DNA of 64,000 nucleotides from NCBI GenBank assembly GCA_964608585.1, contig CAZSOL010000001.1:168290-232289 (forward strand), given 5' to 3'. Positions 63,599 through 64,000 of the stretch are shown here, piece by piece. This DNA is from an uncultured Candidatus Saccharibacteria bacterium. GTDB lineage: Bacteria > Patescibacteriota > Minisyncoccia > Phycocordibacterales > Zambryskibacteraceae. The notes below the pieces were generated by a model. It was not told the origin of the DNA. It saw only the letters and a program-made list of their open reading frames with translations, and did not search any database. Position numbers and translations under genes: made by a program. The stretch's first letter is position 1. Every line of letters begins with the position of its first letter.

Positions 63599-64000
63599 GT
63601 TTGCATAATAGGCGCGAACCACTCACCAAAGCCCTTAAAGGTTGTTATCTCATAAAGATGCCCATTGTGGATAAACCAAACCTCTCTGGTCTCACCTAGA
63701 AAGTCGTCTTGACTGTTGAAGGTCACAGCAGGTATGCGCTTCTCCCCCAAAGTCGTTGGTCTTATGTTGTAACGAATGCCAGAAGGTATGTCTCGATAAA
63801 ACCTATCCTCAGTAATAACATCTTTGTCGTATGGCACAATAAATATCTGAAGACCTCTTAAGCTTTGCTCGTTCTCCTGCACGACCGTCACAGCTCCTCC
63901 TCCTTCATCATACTCGGTAATCTTGGCTTGGGGTGAGTGATAATAGGAGAAGCCGTAGCGCTCGTTCTCATACTTAATATAATCAGATGGAGGCTCTGTT
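63583..64000 (-). CDS. hypothetical protein, C-terminal part (gene starts beyond the right edge of the window)
   Basis: The frame is open from the window edge to the stop at 63583. The track ORF starts at an internal GTG, but upstream codons (..TEPPSDYIKYENERYGFSYYHSPQ..) continue without a stop. Confidence 0.4.
   Translation of the reverse strand, partial: TEPPSDYIKYENERYGFSYYHSPQAKITEYDEGGGAVTVVQENEQSLRGLQIFIVPYDKDVITEDRFYRDIPSGIRYNIRPTTLGEKRIPAVTFNSQDDFLGETREVWFIHNGHLYEITTFKGFGEWFAPIMQTWRFL

Noticed and set aside
1-64000. Possibility of an alternative genetic code (UGA as a sense codon, as in some CPR lineages).
   Set aside because: All conserved proteins (dnaB, dnaE, gyrB, nrdA, murF and others) are full length with no in-frame TGA, and TGA is the stop codon in the ATGA start-stop overlaps (e.g. 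7081-7083, 7257-7259, 42338-42340). The standard code is in use.
1-64000. Search for a CRISPR array, cas genes, integrase/transposase or prophage structural genes.
   Set aside because: No direct-repeat/spacer periodicity and no recombinase, transposase or capsid-like ORFs are present; the window is essentially core genome.

Overview
This is a gene-dense window of mostly housekeeping genes from a small, streamlined bacterial genome, about 87% coding with most genes on the minus strand. Short intergenic gaps, frequent 4-nt ATGA start/stop overlaps and many shortened enzymes (ProRS ~400 aa, ThrRS catalytic core only, 153-aa EF-Ts, 207-aa HolB, PDZ-less RseP, single-chain PheRS) suggest, by inference only, a CPR/Patescibacteria-like organism. 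The standard genetic code is indicated because every conserved protein is intact with no internal TGA, and TGA serves as the stop codon in the ATGA overlaps. Recognisable content, in order:
- replication and repair: dnaB, recR, rmuC, dnaE, gyrB, rnhB, holB, an MGMT-family protein
- a dcw fragment (mraZ-rsmH-ftsL-ftsI-murF) and a rod-shape cluster (mrdA-mreD-mreC-mreB)
- translation: lysS, proS, thrS, pheS-like, frr, tsf, prfA, r-proteins S2, L21, L25, L31, L32, plus tRNA-Glu(CTC) and tRNA-Thr(TGT)
- a glycolysis / pentose-phosphate block (gap-rpiB-rpe-split tkt, pfkB kinase, class II aldolase) and class I RNR nrdAB
- several rho-independent terminators and a few sigma70-like promoters.
The least ordinary parts are:
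1. a right-end operon of secreted proteins with a canonical dockerin, an FN3 domain and two cohesin-like membrane-anchored proteins;
2. a mitochondrial-type single-chain PheRS and an editing-domain-less ThrRS;
3. a NusB-NUDIX fusion next to bL32 and a second NUDIX gene;
4. an overlapping C39-like / NlpC-P60 peptidase pair;
5. a SWIB-domain protein with a histone-H1-like tail;
6. a small variable region around tRNA-Glu with a DUF305/His-rich three-gene operon;
7. recurrent TATAAT boxes 7-13 nt upstream of start codons in tight divergent gene pairs, suggesting leaderless mRNAs.
No CRISPR array, integrase, transposase or rRNA was found.
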